64,000 nt of DNA from a candidate division FCPU426 bacterium (GTDB lineage: Bacteria; Oederibacteriota; Muellerivitia; Muellerivitales; Muellerivitaceae), in the NCBI GenBank assembly GCA_963796105.1, contig CAWCKJ010000010.1:110653-174652 (forward strand), given 5' to 3'. The translations under genes and the position numbers were made by a program. A model generated the notes under the pieces. It did not search any database, was not told the origin of the DNA, and worked only from the letters and a program-made list of their open reading frames with translations. Below are positions 51,478 through 61,910 of the stretch, one piece after another. Position 1 is the first letter of the stretch. The number at the start of each line of letters is the position of its first letter.

Positions 51478-52092
51478 ATGATTAATGTCGTGGATTACGG
51501 GGTCGGAAACCTGCACAGCGTGGCCAAAGCCCTGGAAAAAGTCGGCGCTCAAACAAGGATAACCTCGGACTGGAAGGATGTGGATAAATCCGACGGCGTG
51601 GTTTTGCCTGGGGTCGGGGCTTTCAAGGACTCCATGGACGCCATGCACCGTTCGGATTTAGCCAAAGCCATTCTCGCTTTCATCGCCTCCGGCAAACCTT
51701 TCCTGGGCGTCTGCGTGGGACTCCAAATGCTTTTCTCGGAGAGCGAGGAATTCGGCATCTCAAAGGGACTCGGCATATTTCCGGGGAGGGTGGTGAAATT
51801 CGGTCAGGGACAGAAGGTCCCCCACATGGGTTGGAACCAAATCCAGATCAAGAAAAACGGAAATCCCCTTCTGGAAGGAATCAAGGAAGGGGAGTACCTG
51901 TACTTCGTGCACTCCTTCTATGTGGCGCCGAGGGATAAGGATATCATCGCCGCCCAAAGCTCTTACGGCGTTGATTTCACCTGCATGGTTTGGGAAAAGA
52001 ACGTGTTCGGAACGCAGTTTCACCCGGAGAAAAGCCAGACGGCGGGCCTGAAAATTTATGAGAATTTCAAGAATCTGGTTGTTAAGAATTAA
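51478..52092 (+). CDS. hisH: IGP synthase glutaminase subunit
   Basis: DYGVGN, LPGVGAF, GVCVGLQ, PHMGWN, QFHPEKS. Confidence 0.97.
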   Translation: MINVVDYGVGNLHSVAKALEKVGAQTRITSDWKDVDKSDGVVLPGVGAFKDSMDAMHRSDLAKAILAFIASGKPFLGVCVGLQMLFSESEEFGISKGLGIFPGRVVKFGQGQKVPHMGWNQIQIKKNGNPLLEGIKEGEYLYFVHSFYVAPRDKDIIAAQSSYGVDFTCMVWEKNVFGTQFHPEKSQTAGLKIYENFKNLVVKN

Positions 52093-52125
52093 AAACTTAA
52101 AGGATTAAAGCAAAACCATAACTTT

Positions 52126-52219
52126 GCCACCGATTCAGGGGATGCATTTAGATTGGCTGAAGAAAAAGGCTTTAAATCTTTTGGCTTTTGAAATCTCATG
52201 AATCCCATGTATCCGTGGC
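52126..52219. repeat. Minimal GCCAC...GTGGC MITE-like element within his operon
   Basis: GCCACCGATTCAGGGGATGC ... ATCCCATGTATCCGTGGC. Confidence 0.75.
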
Positions 52220-52264
52220 AAGAGCATTTTTGTTGTATGTGACTTTTTATTTTCGGAGAGTAAA

Positions 52265-53038
52265 TTGTACGTCATACCAGCGATAGATATCAGGAAGGGC
52301 CGATGTGTGCGGCTTGTTCAGGGCGACCTGCGGGATGAAACCGTTTATTCCAAAGAGCCCGTTTCCGTGGCCAAATTGTGGAAATTAAAGGGCGCTAAAC
52401 GCCTCCATGTGATCGACCTCGACGGGGCGTTTTCGGGGAAGCTTTCCAACCTGGATTACGTGAAGGACATCATCAAGGCCACAGACTTGAAGGTGCAGGT
52501 GGGGGGCGGGATCAGGGACCTCAAGACAATTGAGAAGGTTCTTTCCATCGGAGTGAATTGGGTCATCCTGGGCACCTCCGCCGTGCAAAACAAGGATTTC
52601 GTGAAGGAAGCCTTCAAGGAATACGGAAAATCCATCATCGTGGGAATTGACGCCAAGAAGGGGATGGTCGCCATCAAGGGATGGAAACAGGTCACCAAGG
52701 TCGGCGCGGTGGAACTGGCCAAGGAAATGGTCGACCTCGGAGCCACATCGCTCATTTTTACCGATATCCAAAAGGATGGAATGCTGGAAGGCCCTAATTT
52801 CAAGAGCACCAAGGAACTGGCGATCGCCGTAAAGGTTCCCATCATCATTTCAGGCGGCATTTCCAACTGCGAGGATATCGAGCACGCCAAGTGCCTGGAA
52901 AAATACGGCATCAGTTCCGTGATCATCGGGAAAGCCCTCTATGACGGTAAGGTGGACCTCAAACAGGCCATTAAGATTGCCAGGGACCCACTGCCTCCAC
53001 GGGTGAAAAAAAGAAAAACGAAAAAATCGGGGAAATAA
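52265..53038 (+). CDS. hisA: ProFAR isomerase
   Basis: IPAIDI, LHVIDLDGA, QVGGGIR, TDIQKDG. Confidence 0.97.
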   Translation: MYVIPAIDIRKGRCVRLVQGDLRDETVYSKEPVSVAKLWKLKGAKRLHVIDLDGAFSGKLSNLDYVKDIIKATDLKVQVGGGIRDLKTIEKVLSIGVNWVILGTSAVQNKDFVKEAFKEYGKSIIVGIDAKKGMVAIKGWKQVTKVGAVELAKEMVDLGATSLIFTDIQKDGMLEGPNFKSTKELAIAVKVPIIISGGISNCEDIEHAKCLEKYGISSVIIGKALYDGKVDLKQAIKIARDPLPPRVKKRKTKKSGK

Positions 53039-53114
53039 TGAAACCGACCGGACGCGAGTCTCATAAAGATTTTTCTTATATCCGCTTTTCCAAGCCTCGC
53101 CTTCGGGGTTTTTA

Positions 53115-53885
53115 ATGCTGGCCAAACGCGTCATTCCATGCCTGGATGTGAAGGAAGGCCGCGTGGTCAAGGGCGTCAAGTTCCTGAATCTCCGTGACGC
53201 GGGAGATCCTGTTGAGATCGCGAAACAATACGATGCCGAGGAAGCCGATGAGCTGGTTTTCCTGGACATCACCGCCTCCCACGAAAAACGAGACATTCTC
53301 CTGGATGTGGTCACCCGAACCGCTGAGGCTGTTTTCATGCCCTTGACTGTCGGCGGGGGGGTGCGAAACACCGACGACATCCGCACGCTCCTGAAATCAG
53401 GGGCGGACAAGGTGTCCCTGAACACCCGGGCGGTAGAAAATCCACAAGTGCTAAAGGAAGGCGCGGAAAAATTCGGCGCCCAATGCATTGTCCTGGCTAT
53501 AGACGCCAAACGGAGAAGTTTCTCCGACCCCTCCAAAGGCTGGGAAGTTTATACGCACGGGGGAAGGATTCCCACCGGAAAGGACGCAGTGGAATGGGCC
53601 AAGCAGGGGGTGGAACTAGGGGCGGGGGAAATTCTTCTCACCAGCATGGACAAGGATGGCACGAGGGACGGTTACGACCTGGAACTGACCAGGATTATCT
53701 CAGAATCGGTGCCTGTGCCAGTGATCGCGTCAGGCGGGGTAGGGACATTGGACCACTTGGCGGAGGGTATCCTCCAAGGCAAGGCTGACGCCGTCTTAGC
53801 CGCCTCCATTTTCCATTATCGCGAGTACAGCGTGCGGGAAGCCAAGGAATATCTCAGGTATAAAAACATCCCGGTTAGGTTGTAA
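53115..53885 (+). CDS. hisF: IGP synthase cyclase subunit
   Basis: [34 protein letters not shown]. Confidence 0.98.
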   Translation: MLAKRVIPCLDVKEGRVVKGVKFLNLRDAGDPVEIAKQYDAEEADELVFLDITASHEKRDILLDVVTRTAEAVFMPLTVGGGVRNTDDIRTLLKSGADKVSLNTRAVENPQVLKEGAEKFGAQCIVLAIDAKRRSFSDPSKGWEVYTHGGRIPTGKDAVEWAKQGVELGAGEILLTSMDKDGTRDGYDLELTRIISESVPVPVIASGGVGTLDHLAEGILQGKADAVLAASIFHYREYSVREAKEYLRYKNIPVRL

Positions 53886-54108
53886 TAAACCTGGAAAAAA
53901 ATTAATTAAGCGGTTATGTGCCGACCTCCATTTAAGCTTTATTGATGGTCGGCAAGGCGAGGGAGTGAACCCGATAGGTTAGTATGCGACTGTGGCCATC
54001 CCGGCAAAGAGGTTTACTGTGGTCTCCGTGGGTGACCTGGAGAAAAAGTCTTTGTATTAGTCTTCAAGTTTTGAATTTAGTTGTAGCAAGGGAAATGTTG
54101 TATCGTGC

Positions 54109-54141
54109 CTCTGTGGTCCCCAACGGGGACCTGTGGTGAAA
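54109..54141 (+). repeat. CTCTGTG-[hairpin]-CTGTGGTGAAA element
   Basis: Hairpin GGTCCCC-AAC-GGGGACC. Confidence 0.7.
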
Positions 54142-54193
54142 TCCTTTTTGTTGAAAGTATTTTTGCCAATATTTCATTACGGGGTGAAATTAA

Positions 54194-54463
54194 ATGAGCC
54201 TTCCCGCCAACGTCATCCAGCAAATCCAAAAGGTCATTCAAGAGAACGTGAACCGATATTTCGGTCCCTTGAAAATCGCCGAGAAAACTCCGGACAAGGT
54301 CAAAGCCTTCGCCCAAAATCAACTGGATTTTTTTATCAATGGAATCGTCAAGGAATCCCCGGAACTAAGGATGAAGTGGATGCATGGCCATCCATACCAT
54401 ATTCACCTGCGAATGACATCGGTGGCGGATAAGTTCGGGATTGAGATCACTTGCGATGAGTAA
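54194..54463 (+). CDS. Hypothetical protein
   Basis: 89-aa ORF with GGGGTG RBS and host-like codon usage. Confidence 0.6.
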   Translation: MSLPANVIQQIQKVIQENVNRYFGPLKIAEKTPDKVKAFAQNQLDFFINGIVKESPELRMKWMHGHPYHIHLRMTSVADKFGIEITCDE

Positions 54464-54586
54464 AGATTAGCCTTTCAGTGATTGGTGTAGATTTTCTAAC
54501 TGTCGCGAAGCGGGTTCATTTCCCATTGTTCGTTCCTGGTGGGATAATAAAAGCATGTTTTTGGCATGGGGTTTTGGGGTAGTTCT

Positions 54587-54615
54587 AAAGTGATGAATGA
54601 TGTCCCGACCCCTTT
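54587..54615 (+). repeat. Left arm of inverted repeat bracketing Rhs orphan region
   Basis: AAAGTGATGAATGATGTCCCGACCCCTT vs reverse complement of 58303-58330. Confidence 0.75.
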
Positions 54616-55011
54616 GTTTTTTGGGGTGGGGTAACGGGAGGGGTTTTATTTCCTGGTGGAATTACCGATTGGTCTCAAAACTGGTTCGAAAATCCTTTTT
54701 ATCTTTATTTGGGTGGTGGCTTTGTAACTCCTGGCATAGCGGGTTCTCTGACATATTCTCCAAATTCGGTTACGCCAGGATGGAATATGGGTTGTCAGGT
54801 AAATGCAGGAGTAGCTTGGCAACATGGATGGGATGCTAATGGGCAACCATTCAATGAATGGGGCGGTGGATTTGAACCGGGCATTTCAGCAACTCCGTAT
54901 TACGTTTCTAACCCGATGGATTTTTACACTTTGATGTATAGAGCCGTTCAACAATTTGGACAAGACATTGGTGGATTTAATTTTTTTCCCAATTTGACTG
55001 GAGGGCGATGA
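54601..55011 (+). pseudogene. Start-less Gly-rich fragment, probable orphan polymorphic-toxin C-terminus
   Basis: Frame open from 54601 (GGVTGGVLF...LYLGGG...VTPGWN); stop overlaps next ATG. Confidence 0.55.
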
Positions 55012-55241
55012 TGGAATCGGTTCTTGTGTGGATCGGTGACAACGTTAAAGTTGTTGAGCATAGTTTCGTATTCGTGTTGGGCCTTCTATTATTGCTATTT
55101 AATAAACCTATTTCTAAGGCAACAGTTGAACTGAATTACAAGATTTTTGGTATTCGATTTAGTGAAAAGTGGTATCGAATTTCATTCATATTTGGGGGCG
55201 TTTTTTGTTTGTGTGTTTTGGTTTCAGACATCCTTGGTTGA
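55008..55241 (+). CDS. Small two-TM protein, putative immunity
   Basis: ATGA overlap with upstream fragment, GGAGG RBS, low GC. Confidence 0.6.
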   Translation: MMESVLVWIGDNVKVVEHSFVFVLGLLLLLFNKPISKATVELNYKIFGIRFSEKWYRISFIFGGVFCLCVLVSDILG

Positions 55242-55282
55242 AACTGATTTTTTATTAGTTTGAAGCCGGAGGGAGGATACGT

Positions 55283-56872
55283 ATGTTCAAGTCGAAAGGA
55301 GAACAAAGTAGCTTTTACGATGCGGATTACGTTTGCGAGCAATTGATCTCGAAGGATAGCTTCTACCGCAAATTCAGGGATATGGTTACGCCACTGATCA
55401 ATGAAGTTGACTTGGATGGTATGTATTGCGGTGACAACGGACGCCCCCCTATTTCCCCTTCCCTTTTGGCATTGGCGACCATTCTTCAATTTTATAGGGG
55501 GTTTTCCGACAGGGAGATGGAGAGGGCCTGCATGTTTGATATCGAGATTAAATACGCCCTCGGCTTGCGATTGGATGAAAGGCCCTTTGACCATTCTTCC
55601 TTGGGCGACTTCAGGGAACGGCTTCTTCAAAACAGCCAGGAGAAAGAGATTTTCGACACGATATTGGAACATCTGATCGAGAAGGGGTTGGTCAAGAAAG
55701 ATGAAATCCAACGTATTGACGCCACCCATGTCCTGGCCGATATCGCCATTCCTACCATGGTGACATTGGTGAAGAAAGGGATATTCGAGGTTCTCAAGCC
55801 CTTGAGCAAAAACAAGGAGGTATATGAGGGATTAGGTAAAACTGTGGACCTACGCGAATACAGTAAGGAAAAGGTTAACGACGAGGGCCCCGGAAGGATG
55901 GACCTGGAAAAAAGAAAACGCAAACTGGTGGAAGTGGTAGAGGACGCCCGGCAGGTATTGGAACACACAAAAGCCCTAAAAACCGACAAGAACTTGAAGG
56001 AACCCGTTGAGATGCTCAAGAGAATACTACGAGAGAATATTGAGAAAGATGAAGACGGTAAACCGGTGGAGCGTGAAAAAAAAGACAAGCCTAAGGATAT
56101 TATGGTCTCACCCATCGACCCGGATGCCAGATATGGGGCGAAATCAGCTACAAAGAAATTTATGGGTTACAAGGCCAACATTACGGAAAGCGTGGAAAAC
56201 AACATCATCACCAACGTCAAGGTCATGCCCGGAAACGCCCATGATGCAACGACTATGGTTGAGGCCATCGTTGAGCAAAAAGAGCAAGGGCTTATTCCGG
56301 CCAAGGTAGTCGGCGACGCGGCTTATGGACGGATGACCAACCGCGAGGAATTGAAGGCGAACGGTACGATGGTGGTGGCCCCTATCTACAACAAGAATGA
56401 TCGCACAAAGGGGATATACCCCAAAAGCATGTTCAAATACGACTCAAAAAAGAAGCTCCTGACCTGTCCCCAAGGCGTGACAACCAAGGCGGCCTATTGG
56501 GATGAATTACACCAACTCCATTCTTTTCATTTTCCGATGCCTAAATGCAACGCGTGTGCTGTGCAGAAAAAGTGTACACGAGACGTCGACGGGCGGCGGA
56601 CAGTTGGTATCAGCATTAGGCATGATGAGATGATGGAGACGGAAACCTACAACAGGTCGGAACAGTACAAAAAAGACATGAGGTTACGCCCTGCCGTTGA
56701 AAGAAAGCTCGCGGAGTTGGTCCGGTATCACGGTCTCAGACGAGCAAGATATCGAGGGCTAAGGAAGTTGAGCCTGCAATGCTTTTTCACAGCGGCGGCA
56801 GTGAATATCAAAAGATGGATTAAGATAATTTCGGGCCAAAGCCCGGGTCTTCCCTGTGTCGGCATGGCATGA
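55283..56872 (+). CDS. IS1182-family transposase
   Basis: GRPPISP, FDHSSLGDFR, IDATH, DPDARYG, GDAAYG, RYHGLRRARYRG. Confidence 0.93.
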   Translation: MFKSKGEQSSFYDADYVCEQLISKDSFYRKFRDMVTPLINEVDLDGMYCGDNGRPPISPSLLALATILQFYRGFSDREMERACMFDIEIKYALGLRLDERPFDHSSLGDFRERLLQNSQEKEIFDTILEHLIEKGLVKKDEIQRIDATHVLADIAIPTMVTLVKKGIFEVLKPLSKNKEVYEGLGKTVDLREYSKEKVNDEGPGRMDLEKRKRKLVEVVEDARQVLEHTKALKTDKNLKEPVEMLKRILRENIEKDEDGKPVEREKKDKPKDIMVSPIDPDARYGAKSATKKFMGYKANITESVENNIITNVKVMPGNAHDATTMVEAIVEQKEQGLIPAKVVGDAAYGRMTNREELKANGTMVVAPIYNKNDRTKGIYPKSMFKYDSKKKLLTCPQGVTTKAAYWDELHQLHSFHFPMPKCNACAVQKKCTRDVDGRRTVGISIRHDEMMETETYNRSEQYKKDMRLRPAVERKLAELVRYHGLRRARYRGLRKLSLQCFFTAAAVNIKRWIKIISGQSPGLPCVGMA

Positions 56873-57042
56873 AAAAGTAAACAAGAAGAGATTTAAAGGG
56901 GTAAACAAGGCAGAGAAGAGGGGAAACGGGAAAATGACAGTGGTAGCCAATGAAAAACCGAAGGAATTTTGGGCGGAGTTGATCTGCCAGGACAAGGTTG
57001 TGCCCCATCCTGAAGACTTAATCTGGGTTTTCCGACGGTCTC
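55283..57042 (+). mobile_element. IS1182-family element; left end not resolved
   Basis: Probable right end GTTTTCCGACGGTCTC at 57042; no matching left TIR seen. Confidence 0.65.
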
Positions 57043-57635
57043 ATGTGAATAATCGACCAAATCTTTATATTGACCCGTTGGGTCTTGATCTTAAGGGCGT
57101 TATAGAACCATTTCCTATGGCTGCTGAAGATATAGCAAAACTATCTAGTGGGCAAATAGGGAATCCAATGGTTTGGCTTGATTTGTCAAATAAAGTTTGG
57201 AATATGGCATTAAATTTAAAAACGGATGCTTATGTTCCGCCAAACGATTATGTCGGTAATTACATTACGGGGATTAGTCCAACATTGGGTGATATTTATG
57301 GTTGCCTTCAAATGGTAAATACTATGGCGGAGGTCCCAATGGACGCAGGGACTTTACAATCAGATGCTAGTTTTATTTATGATCTACAATATGGTCTCAG
57401 AGAGACATTAAATGGTGTACAAGATGTCGGCGATGTTTGGAGTAATTTTGCCGAATGGTTAAATAAACAATTAGAAAACATGAAAAGTACACTTAGTCAG
57501 GGGTCTGGTAGCAGTTGCTATAATGGTGGTGATGTTTATACTCCAGCGGGAAATTCGGGCGGGGGTTCATCATTCAACCAACAAGTGACTGGTACATATG
57601 CTGGTACTATGGCACCTTCTTTTGGGGGCCATTAA
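57043..57635 (+). pseudogene. Orphan Rhs C-terminal toxin module
   Basis: VNNRPNLYIDPLGL matches Rhs core end PxxxxDPxGL; begins at IS end. Confidence 0.8.
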
Positions 57636-57638
57636 AAA

Positions 57639-58253
57639 ATGAAAAATATTTTTAAACGCAATTTAAAAATTAAAAATAAGGGAAATAAAATATTAAAAGT
57701 ATTTAATTTTTTTATATTTTTGTTTTGCATATCCATGCATGTAACTTCTGGCCAAATGAATTGGCACAAATATTATTTTAAAAATAATCATTTTTCCTTA
57801 CAAAGCCCATGCGAACTTTTTCAACTTCCTCGACTTGATGCTTCTGTTCTTCAACTTAATAATTTAATAATTGTAAAAAAAATGAAAAAACCATATTTCG
57901 TTTATGTTATTTCAGGCCCTGAAAATATTGTTACGGGGTTAAAAGATGAAATACCAATTCAACAATTACCTAAATTAATTCTAAATACTTTAATAGGCAA
58001 AATGGAAATAAAGGATTATGAGTCAAAAGACACTTTGTTGACTTTTAAAAATAATAATTGCCAGGGAATTTTAACTTCTGGCATATGTTACATGACCAGG
58101 GGAATGTATAAGGGCTTTACAAGAAGATTTAAAACATTAAATGTTTTAAAAGGAAAACAATATTGGTTAATAACAATCAATTATGATTTAAATGATTCAT
58201 TTCAGGAGAGAATGGCAGAACGACTAATGAATTCTTTTCAAATTTTAGATTAA
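57639..58253 (+). CDS. Very low-GC exported protein, putative immunity
   Basis: 3 bp after toxin stop; N-terminal hydrophobic segment. Confidence 0.65.
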   Translation: MKNIFKRNLKIKNKGNKILKVFNFFIFLFCISMHVTSGQMNWHKYYFKNNHFSLQSPCELFQLPRLDASVLQLNNLIIVKKMKKPYFVYVISGPENIVTGLKDEIPIQQLPKLILNTLIGKMEIKDYESKDTLLTFKNNNCQGILTSGICYMTRGMYKGFTRRFKTLNVLKGKQYWLITINYDLNDSFQERMAERLMNSFQILD

Positions 58254-58302
58254 ATTTTTTTACAACGAAGAGTTTGATGAGTTTTTAAGTATAACGGAAC
58301 AG

Positions 58303-58330
58303 AAGGGGTCAGGCCAACATTCATCACTTT
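58303..58330 (-). repeat. Right arm of inverted repeat bracketing Rhs orphan region
   Basis: AAGGGGTCAGGCCAACATTCATCACTTT. Confidence 0.75.
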
Positions 58331-58420
58331 GCAAATCCGAATTCTCCTTACTTTCAACCAACCCGGTCTGGTTCCCCTTTTTACAACACTTTTTCGGTTT
58401 GAAATTACGGCCTGGGAAAC

Positions 58421-58491
58421 CTTTTTCCCTCTGAGAGCCTTTTTTTGTAGAACCCCAATAAATCCCGTTTTTAAAATAACACGTATCCGAT
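58421..58491. other. Conserved ~70-bp leader preceding satellite locus B
   Basis: Aligns with 10512-10582. Confidence 0.75.
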
Positions 58492-58760
58492 GCGCTCTTT
58501 GAGCGACAATTTTAAATTTTAAATGTTGAATTATGTATTATTGAGGATAATCGAATTGCGGTAATCAAGCCGTAATTTTAAGATTCCCTGCTGGTAAACG
58601 ATGGCCGCCATTGCTGGCAGGGTTGTCGGTTTTCCGCAGTACCTGGACGGGGTTACCGTCGGCACGGTCGGGGCCACCGTCATCATGGTCGGGAGCCACC
58701 GTCGGCATGGCCGGGGCACTGAGGGCATGCGCCGGTGGCCCGTTGGAATCCGGAGTTCCC

Positions 58761-59220
58761 GTGGTTCCAGGCCAGTTCCAGGAGTTCCAGGGTTCTCGGG
58801 TTTGCGTGGTTCCAGGCTAGTTCCAGAAGTTCCAGAGTTCCAGAATACCGGGGTTCTTGTGGTTCCAGGCTGGTTCCAGGAGTTCCAGAGTTCCAAAATA
58901 CCGGGATTCTCGTGGTTTCAGGCCGGTTCCAGAAGTTCCAGAGTTCCAGGATTCCGGGGTCCCGTGGTTCCAGGCCAGTTCCAGAAGTTCCAGAGTTCCA
59001 GGTTTTGGGTTCTCGTGGTTCCAGGCCAGTTCCGGAAGTTCCAGAGTTCCAAAATACCGGGATTCTCGTGGTTCCAGGCGGTTCCAGAAGTTCCAGAGTT
59101 CCAGGTTTTCGGGTTCCAGTGGTTCCAGGCCAGTTCCAGAAGTTCCAGAGTTCCAGGATTTCAGGTTCCCGTGGTTCCAGGCCAGTTCCAGAAGTTCCAG
59201 AGTTCCAGGATTTCCGGTCA
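58761..59220 (+). repeat. 9-unit ~52-bp GTTCCA-rich array
   Basis: Units start 58761, 58806, 58859, 58912, 58964, 59015, 59068, 59119, 59171; conserved GTGGTTCCAGGCCAGTTCCAGAAGTTCCAGAGTTCCA plus ~15-nt variable part. Confidence 0.95.
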
Positions 59221-59360
59221 CCTACCGGCATTGGTGCCTTTATGGGCACCAACACACGCAATTCTTGTGGCTCGGTTTGTGACCTCGCCACAGCGGCATG
59301 AGGGTTTCAACTACCGGCATGGACGGGGTCCACTACCGGCTTTAATCTTATGTTTTTTAA

Positions 59361-59465
59361 ATCCCATGTATCCCATGCATGCCGACCAATCTATTAAGTA
59401 ATTAAAGGGGTCGGTATCGTACCGATTTCCTTAACTGCTTTATGGGGAATCGGTACATCTGTGGC
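59361..59465. repeat. GTGGC-family arm interrupted by hairpin doublet
   Basis: ATCCCATGTATCCCATGC [59379-59456] ATCTGTGGC. Confidence 0.75.
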
Positions 59466-59856
59466 TAAAGTCTATTGGACAGGTGTGATCCTGAAAATAG
59501 GTCAAAAAATTTTACTTTTTCTGCAAAAAAACTGACATTTTTAGCCATTTTTCACTATTTGTAATCGGTTCCAATTATTAGAAAATATCAAATGAATTAA
59601 ATTTTTAGCTAGTTTCAAGAGGGTTCCTAGCTTTGCCCCTTTAAGTTGATCCCAAGTTTAACAATAAATCTCGAGTTGGAAGAATCCTTATCACGAATTT
59701 TAGGTTGAATTCCCAATTAAAAATGAGGTTTTGGAATGGTTTATGCGAGTAAATCATAATGCTGGGTTCATCAAATGTGGATAATCTCGGTTAAAATTAT
59801 GGGCTAAATTCAAATTTTTTCAGCGGGGGCAGTGAAAAAAATGTTTCAGAAAGTTT

Positions 59857-60842
59857 CATGCTTCTGTATTAAGTGACCCTTGAAATAAAGGAATACATAG
59901 GTATACTGTCCGCTACGGGAGGTGGTACATGAGCTACCAGCGGATGAAAAGCATTAAAATTCTGAGGAAAATCCACACGGAAGAAGAAGCCCGCCAATGG
60001 GTGTGGAGATGCCGTTTCGGCGGGAAAGACTTTGTTTGTCCCCAATGTGAGGGCGAAAGCTTCTGGCAACACCAGGCCAAGCCTGAAGTGAGGGAATGTG
60101 ACTATTGCCGGAAACGTCTTCGGCTTCGCGCCGGGACGATTTTTGAAAGCTCCAAGCTGCCTCTTTTAACCTGGGTCAGGGCCATCAGTTTGATGATGCA
60201 GGGCAAACGGGGTATTTCGGCCCTGGAACTGAAGCGGCATTTAAATCTTTCGGATCATTCGGCATGGCTTCTATTGCATAAGATCCGGGAAGGTCTTAGG
60301 CAAAAGGACGAAAGCTATACTCTAAAGGGCGTCATTGAGTTGGATGGGGCGGTTTTTGGGAAAAAGGCCAAGGAAAACCAAGTGGAAGTCTTGGTGGCGG
60401 TGGAAAGCAAGGAATGGGTGGATGAGAATGGTTGCAAGAAGGAAAAAGCGGGTTTTGCCAAGGTGAAGGTAGCTATGGAAACCAAGTGGGAGAGCCAGGA
60501 ATTCGTGAATCAGACTATGGAAAAAGGCTCTTTCCTCAACACAGATGCTTCGCCAGCCTTGCGTGAACTCAAAGGAGTGGAGGCAGACTACCGGGTGATG
60601 GCCAATGACCCGAAAGAGTTGGAAAGTTGGTTGCCCTGGGTACACCGGTTCATTTCCAACGCCAAGGCCTGGATCATTGGAACTCATCATGGCGTTGATG
60701 CTAAGTATTTAGGCCGGTATCTAAGTGAATATGCCTATCGGTTCAACCGTCGTCATGATCCCGATTCCTTATTTCACCGTGCTTTGACCGCATGTGCCTT
60801 AGCAAAACCCATTACAGCACGGTCACTTTGTGCATAAGCATA
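59857..60842 (+). mobile_element. IS1595-family insertion sequence, 986 bp, copy 2
   Basis: Same ends and identical protein to copy 1; TSD GAAAGTTT (59849-59856, 60843-60850). Confidence 0.95.
59929..60837 (+). CDS. IS1595-family transposase
   Basis: Identical translation to 17185-18093. Confidence 0.95.
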   Translation: MSYQRMKSIKILRKIHTEEEARQWVWRCRFGGKDFVCPQCEGESFWQHQAKPEVRECDYCRKRLRLRAGTIFESSKLPLLTWVRAISLMMQGKRGISALELKRHLNLSDHSAWLLLHKIREGLRQKDESYTLKGVIELDGAVFGKKAKENQVEVLVAVESKEWVDENGCKKEKAGFAKVKVAMETKWESQEFVNQTMEKGSFLNTDASPALRELKGVEADYRVMANDPKELESWLPWVHRFISNAKAWIIGTHHGVDAKYLGRYLSEYAYRFNRRHDPDSLFHRALTACALAKPITARSLCA

Positions 60843-61910
60843 GAAAGTTTTAATCCTTAAAAATTTTTCCCATGCGATCTTGGCTTCCTGCGCATTAATG
60901 GGTTTTCTCTTGGTTGTGGAAATTCCGTCGCAGACCTGGGCCCAATGTACGCCAACTTCCGCTCAAATCTGCGTAGCAAGTGATGACTGGTCCCAGGTCT
61001 ATGTCGGCGGGGTTTACCTGGGGCAAGTCGCCTATTGCAACTGGGATGGAACAGGGAGTTGCCCGCCGGGTTGCATCACCGTCCCCACTTCTTTGATCTC
61101 AGGAAGTACGGTTTATATTTCCGTCTATACCCAGAACACAGCCTGCAACAACGTTTACGCCTCCTGGGACCTGGACATTACCTGTTCTAACGGGGAGCAT
61201 TCCCAGATCACCACCACGCAGGGCGGCCTCAAGATGGATTACATCAGTTCGGGGAACCCCACCACACCACCCGCCTCCAACTGGTATGCCACCAATTACA
61301 GCACCAGCGGCTGGGGCACCCCGGTACAGGTCAGCACCACCTCGGGCGATTGTTGCTGGAGCCAATCCCTCTACAACCCTTCCACAGGTGCTCAGGTACC
61401 CTATTTATCCGCGGATAGCACGGGAGCTTATAGCACCAGTAATTGCAATGGGGCCCTATTTTTTTCCCAGGCTACCACCATTCCACCTCCGGTTCCCACG
61501 CCGCCCGCTACGAACATCACTCTCACCAAGAGTTTCGTGGGCTGGTCTAGCGCCGGAAGCGGGAACGCGAACGCCGTCACATTCACAGGCTACCAGCAAA
61601 ACCAAAGTCCCGCTGACAGGGTTGTTACCATTCAGGTGAAAGCTTGTAACTCGGGCCATTGGGTTACTGGCGCGGTCACTTTTCTTGATACCGGTATTTC
61701 CAACGGAACAACATTCTTCTGGAGCGAGGGTTTCCGGAGTTCCGTCTTGTCATTGGCCGCGAGCTTTAACCCCCTAGCTGGCCAAGCACTTTGACCCCAC
61801 CTCTGGCCAGTCACTTTGACCCCCTGTCTGGCCACCGACTTTGACCCCCTTGCCAAGGGCCTCTCTAACCGTCATTCCTTTCTTTTTTCACTTCATGTGA
61901 GGAGAACGGC

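Larger units (their letters stand above)
59841..61747 (+). pseudogene. Secreted Cys/Thr-rich carbohydrate-binding-like protein disrupted by IS1595 and IS21
   Basis: Removing IS1595 and one TSD restores MFQKVLILKNFSHAILASC... in frame with ORF 60880; 3' end runs into IS21 TIR. Confidence 0.85.

Noticed and set aside
53890..54190. 6S RNA or riboswitch after hisF
   Set aside because: Hairpins are explained by two dispersed repeat families, and I recognise no conserved RNA motif.
58761..59220. CRISPR array (37-nt repeat plus spacer)
   Set aside because: Variable parts are only ~15 nt, resemble each other (one is repeated), the repeat is internally tandem GTTCCA, and no cas genes are in the window.
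58531..59401. Overlapping ORFs on both strands
   Set aside because: Stop-poor low-complexity repeat with unit lengths mostly not divisible by 3.
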